NCBI RefSeq assembly: GCF_026210795.1
Contig: NC_089431.1
Coordinates: forward strand, 1,674,001 to 1,738,000
Direction: 5' to 3'
DNA length: 64,000 nt
Origin: Rhizophagus irregularis
Lineage: Eukaryota
Position numbers and translations under genes: made by a program. This document shows, one piece after another, positions 58,791 to 64,000 of the stretch; positions within the stretch are counted from its first letter, which is position 1, and each line of letters begins with the position of its first letter. Below the pieces are notes generated by a model. The model was given only the letters and a program-made list of their open reading frames with translations. It was not told the origin of the DNA and searched no databases.

Positions 58791-61700
58791 TTATTTTTTT
58801 TATTTTTTTTTAATTTTCTCTTTTCTTTTTGTAGGTATCGATTCTTTCGGCTTTGGGACTTGGATATGCCGATATGGTAAGTTTCGATATTCGAAACTTA
58901 CATTTTTTTAATTATTTTTTTTAATTTTATTCTTTAAGAAACGTTCTAACTGAACGTTTCTCTTTTTTGTAGGCCTAGATTTTCTTTTCGGCGCTCTGGA
59001 TTTTTCTTTTGTAGGTCAGCTTGATGGTTATTTCGACCCTTGAGCGAATGAATAATGGAAGATAATTCCTCAATCCTCAATGTGAATATTAAACCACTTG
59101 ATGTTGTTAAGACACATACGACGAGATTTGGTTTTGATTTTTATCATGAAGGAGCATAATATTAATATAATTATCGAGGGAAAGTTCATATTTCCACCTT
59201 GTTATGGTTGTGTCACTAGGGGCGCTATGTCAACGGAATTTTAGTACGTTAATCGCTTAAAAATCCGCGGCAATCCAATTATAACAAGAGGATGAATTTT
59301 TACAATTTTACATGATTAGATATTGTATTTGTATTGTACTGTATTCTATAAATAAATTTACAATGTTTTACAATTTAAAAATTTTAAAATATACACGTTA
59401 ATAATATACAATAATATATATGTTAATAAATTACTAATACTACAATTAAAGTTAACTATCGTACGATGACTAAAAAATACTATTGCTACCATTGCTATAC
59501 GTGTTTTTAATATCAATATACGCGTTTTTATACATTGTATACGCATTTTTAAACTATCGTTGTTTTACTATGTGTAGCTTTACACTTAAATGGGTGTTGT
59601 TTTACACGTTTTTAAACATTTTTAAGTGGTGTTGATTGACAAAGGGTTCGTTTCCCTACGTTTTTTGGCGTTAAGCAACACATGGTGTTTTTCAACACTT
59701 TATACACCTGTTTAAAACTTGCTGATGAATGGGCTTTAGCTGGGCTTTTATTTCATTTCGCATTCTCCCCAATCTCTCCAATATCTTTGGGAAAAGACCT
59801 TTCTGATCAGGCTTATTGCCGTATAGTCCAGGCTCGTATAGGATTACCATTATACTTGAACTCGATATTGTGGAGTACTTTATTTTCTCTTTCTAACTCA
59901 TCTACTTCCGAAAGTGTTGAGACCATCTTCTCGGGTGAGAGGTTGTAAGTCATAATTATGCTAGGGTATAAGGAAGCGAAGTCCAAACCTGTGACAGGAC
60001 GTTTATTTTCGAGACCCTTTACTGGCGGGAAAACATATGCTCCCGGAAACTTCCAGATGCTTTCTGATCGGAAGTTTTCATGCTGAATAGTATGTCCTGG
60101 GTCCATGCTTCAGCACCCAAGAGGTTGGATACTTTTGTCCTTATGGCATAATAATGTGTATCAAATAGAGTTATATATGCTATCGAAGCAACTTCTCTAT
60201 AATCATTTATTATATTATGCCTGACCGCGAGCTCCTGACAACGTAAGGCGTCTATGGTACAGTAATTAGCTATTTCGTGCATATTTTCAGTGGAAGAGTC
60301 TGAAATCCTACCCCTCGCTTCTGAATAGTACTTCCATAATTTGCTTATAGGTAAATCGGCTTTGCTGTCGAGACCACAATCTTCTAAGAAGTATTTGAGT
60401 GATCTTCTCTCTGAACGGGGGAAAAGTTGCAACAAACTCGCGCAAACGTCAATTGGTACGCATCCGGGAAGCTTAAGAAAAGATGATTCAAAGTTCAAAT
60501 TATTGGTACCAAATTTGATGTTAATAGATTCACGACCTTCTGTTCTTCTGAAGTTCCTGTCCGTTTTCTTCGCCCATTGGTCCCTATGAAAGAAACCACT
60601 GCTTAATGGCTTTTCAGTTCCACTGAAATAATTCCAAATGAGGATGGATTGAATATTGGCTGTCTTATGCAGATTTGCTGACATTTGTTGGACCATCCAG
60701 TCGAGAACCTTTAATTTTGTAGCCTTCTCCACTATAAATGGCCAATCATATCCAGAATCGTTAAAGCCAAGCTGGATGTCTGGGGCAAAGATTTCCAACA
60801 TAGAGCAAATGCCTTTAAGAGATTGGTCTGATTCCCGCATATGATGATCATGCAACGTGGATCTGGTGCCGTCTCAACATCAACGAGACGTATTTGTTCT
60901 AGTGGTTTTGGGTCATCTTTCCAGTGAACCATCATACAGATCATAAAAACTTGAGCTGTATCATTTTCTGCTTGTGGGAAATTACCTAACTCACGCGAAT
61001 CGTATGTTTCTATGTCCCATGTTAGAACTAATGCTCGGTCACGAGAAAAGAGAGAAGATGGATAAATTTTATAAAGTGGTTCAAAATCAACTATGGGTTG
61101 GAAATTACCAATGTGAACATAAAATGCATGCGGACAATGTTGGGATTTTGCATAATAAGGTGCACTGAAATTATATTTGTAGTCGCTTATTAACCCCATC
61201 CGGAAAGTGGTATTCTATACTTTCTTGCGACTTTACGGTAATATGTGCCCGTATCATCTGAAGCGGTTTCTATTCTATTTTCTTGATCGACCTTCGAATT
61301 ATAGTTTGAAATGATATTGAGAGCAGTGAACCTTATATCTTTATTAGGTGCAATGATGCGAAGATAAGACTTTTTTTCCGCATGGTAGCCACGAATAGGA
61401 TATGCCTTTATGCACTCCCTTCAGATCAGATTCATGTTTACTCTATTCCCCTGGCTGTCTTTTTTAGTAGCGAGTAAGTGCTTTATTTTGGACCAGAATT
61501 TAGGAATACTTGCATTTTCAGGAACGCGAATATCAAAAAATATCTTGATACTAGTAATGGTGACGACTGCCTTCTGGCCATTAACGAGATGTCCATAGAT
61601 TCGAAGAACATAATGGGGGATTTTATTAACATTCTCTTTGGCTTCTTCTATGTCGTATGACACGAATGGAATATCTCGACGATTCGCTATCTCAACTTTG

Positions 61701-61994
61701 AGAGTTAAAGTTGACCCCTCATCATTTCTCATAGCTAATTTATTACGGGTTGAGAAACCCGCCAAGTAATTCTCACCGCCATATCTGATTACCTGACCCA
61801 ATGATGTTTTTTCTTTTTCAGCCTCTAGGTGAAAAAGGGTGGGGGTGTTAGAGGAGAGGAACTCTGAAAGCTCGAAATGTTCGGCCATTTTTTTCGAAAG
61901 ATTTATAGTTATACCAAATCTCAAGGTATATTATTCGCAAGAAAAAAGTTTAAAATGAAAATAATTCCCCAACATTATTAATTGATATATACAA

Positions 61995-62306
61995 ATGGGA
62001 GGCAGAAAAAAGCTGACACCTTGGAATTTTTATTATTATCCATATATTCTTAGGACTGGAGAAGTGTGCAATCGGAGATGCTATGATCCAAAGGGATGTA
62101 AAGTCCATCGAAATTCTAGGCAAGTTCTTTGCAAAGAACCCAGGTGTAAAGAGAATACAAGATCCAAATATGACTATTGCGATACGCATGCAAAAAAACA
62201 TAGATCAAGGGAACATTATCATCAGAAAAAGCAGGCTAAGTTGGCTTCGACAGAGATACTGGTAGGTAATTTAGATATAAACAAAAATAATACGACTTGT
62301 CACTAG
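61995..62306 (+). CDS. Small Cys/His-rich basic protein
   Basis: C..C....C..H pattern twice; divergent from PolB. Confidence 0.55.
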   Translation: MGGRKKLTPWNFYYYPYILRTGEVCNRRCYDPKGCKVHRNSRQVLCKEPRCKENTRSKYDYCDTHAKKHRSREHYHQKKQAKLASTEILVGNLDINKNNTTCH

Positions 62307-62327
62307 TGATACGATCCCTTTGGGATT

Positions 62328-62757
62328 CACTAGAAAAATCCGTCCAAGTTTACTGGGACGAGTTAGGATGGAAACCAGGACGGAAAATTATAGCTAAATG
62401 GCATTGTCGAATCGAACTAAAGGGAATTTGAATACCCGTCCTAGTTGTCATAGTTGTTCTAGAAAAAACGCAAGATCCCAGACTTTTTTATTTTTTTACA
62501 TATAGGTATATATAGCATACATATATAACATACATACATAGCATGCATACATAACATACATACATAGCATGCATAAGATATAAAAAATCGGTTTTTCCTA
62601 GAACTTTACTTTTTACTAGGACAACTATGACAACTAGGACATAGTATATAAGAACAAGTTAGATCAAAGAAAGAAGCTTTTCTCCTATATCAAAACCCGT
62701 CCTAGTTCCCGTCCTAGTTGACCCAATAACTTAGACAACTAGGACAGAATTTTTAGA
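62328..62757. repeat. Imperfect nested inverted repeat (MITE-like)
   Basis: gtcctagttgtcatagttgt (~62438) versus acaactatgacaactaggac (~62621); outer arms also inverted. Confidence 0.6.
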
Positions 62758-63639
62758 ACGAAATCCATCTCAAAAATATGTTTACATATTGCACCTCCAA
62801 TTCTTTACTAACCAACCATCCGCCAGACTGGAGCTAGGAAGATTTCAGAAATATATGGATACAAAAATATGTGATACAAATGCATATATATTGGATTCCA
62901 GAAATGTTCCAGAAATGTTTCCATTACTAGCCCGTAACTATGAATGGCTGTTCTGGTGATGGAACAGTATCACGTGTCTGGCGCAGTACCGGCCAGCATT
63001 ATTCCACAATTTCGGTCAGAACTTTGGGTATAAGAAGTCGGCATCCAAGCTGACATTCCATAACACTTCCATGATGGTTCCTCACTAGTTCCATGACAGC
63101 TTCACAGAAGTTCTAGGACACTATCAAGTCACCATCATGGTACTAAGCTGGATCCTCGAATCATATGCCCAAAAGATCGGCCAAAATTATGGTATAGTGC
63201 TGGCCAAAATTAATCGCAGATCTACTGCACCACCTAACATGATATTTTTTTACCATATTTCAGCATTTTGATAGATAACAAAATAGGTAAAAAAGAAAAG
63301 CACCCTCGAATCCTTAACAGACAACCAAAGAGGCGCAGAATGGCAAAAACTTCATCATAAAACTTAGAATCCAAATAATTGCAGACAGGCTGGACCTCCA
63401 ACATAGAATTTAATAACCAATCAACCATAGAATCCCAATAACATAAATTATATTAGAAAACGATTATTGGCGCAGAGAACCAAACAAAAATAGGTACATT
63501 TTGATTATTTAGTAACAGTAATATTTAGGTTATTTAATCACATGATCACAAATAATAAATGGGAAAAAGCTAAAGAAAAGCGGATTCAAAGGGAAGGAAT
63601 AGTAAGAAAAATAACTAGGTATACAAAATTGTCACAAAC

Positions 63640-63886
63640 AGGTTATTTAGTTAGAGTATTTAATCATATTTAGGTTATTAACTTTAGATTATTTAGATAT
63701 ATTTAAATTATTTAGTTATATTTAGATTATTTATAGTCATACTTAGATTATTTAGTTATATTTAGATTATTTATAGTCATACTTAGATTATTTAGTTATA
63801 GTTAGATTATTTTATTATTAAATAACCTAGTCTAAGCCGTTTATGACTAAATAATATAATTATATTATTTAGTCATAAACGGCTAG
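63640..63886. repeat. ttagattatttagttata repeats ending in a perfect 50-bp palindrome and CTAG
   Basis: agccgtttatgactaaataatataa/ttatattatttagtcataaacggct at 63835-63884. Confidence 0.75.
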
Positions 63887-64000
63887 TGTATTTCTTTTAA
63901 AAAATACTGTGATATTTCATAAAAAATATTTTTTTTTACTATTTTTATTTTTAAACTACTTGAATTTATAATTAATGAAAGAATTAATTTAAAATTCATG

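Larger units (their letters stand above)
56234..59727. mobile_element. Non-autonomous TIR element, 3494 bp
   Basis: TIR CATCAGCAAGTTT; 2-bp TSD AA; removal restores PolB ..LKP-I-GKKKKY in frame. Confidence 0.9.
54373..61888 (-). pseudogene. Intronless long family B DNA polymerase (delta/NCLDV-like, ~1300 aa), frameshifted and split by a 3.5-kb insertion
   Basis: [54 protein letters not shown] in colinear order. Confidence 0.9.

Noticed and set aside
63240..63500. Possible 3' fragment of another LINE
   Set aside because: It is A-rich with several stops and has no diagnostic motif or TSD.

Overview
This is AT-rich eukaryotic DNA with spliceosomal introns. Its composition and TE families suggest a Glomeromycota fungus such as Rhizophagus (inference). 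The window is mostly nested mobile DNA. (1) A full-length Ty3/Gypsy element (3464-15095; 1237-bp LTRs, ACGC TSD) has a thymidylate-kinase-like domain between RNase H and integrase. (2) A TIR-bounded Polinton/Maverick-like element (23527-46044; 464-bp TIRs, GCACA TSD) encodes a protein-primed-type PolB, SF3 helicase, rve integrase-chromodomain and A32-like packaging ATPase. Where a jelly-roll capsid and cysteine protease are expected, it has a retroelement-type Gag plus aspartic protease joined by an A9G-stop -1 slippery site, and no RT of its own. (3) That element sits inside the ATPase gene of a second, more decayed element with the same ATPase/integrase/Gag-Pro module, next to a long RNA-primed-type PolB. 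(4) A full-length LINE (30921-39092) and three non-autonomous TIR elements interrupt these genes. The best candidate for a new system is a family of DNA-polymerase-encoding, integrating elements that appear to use a Gag capsid. All protein calls come from motif reading by eye; no searches were run.
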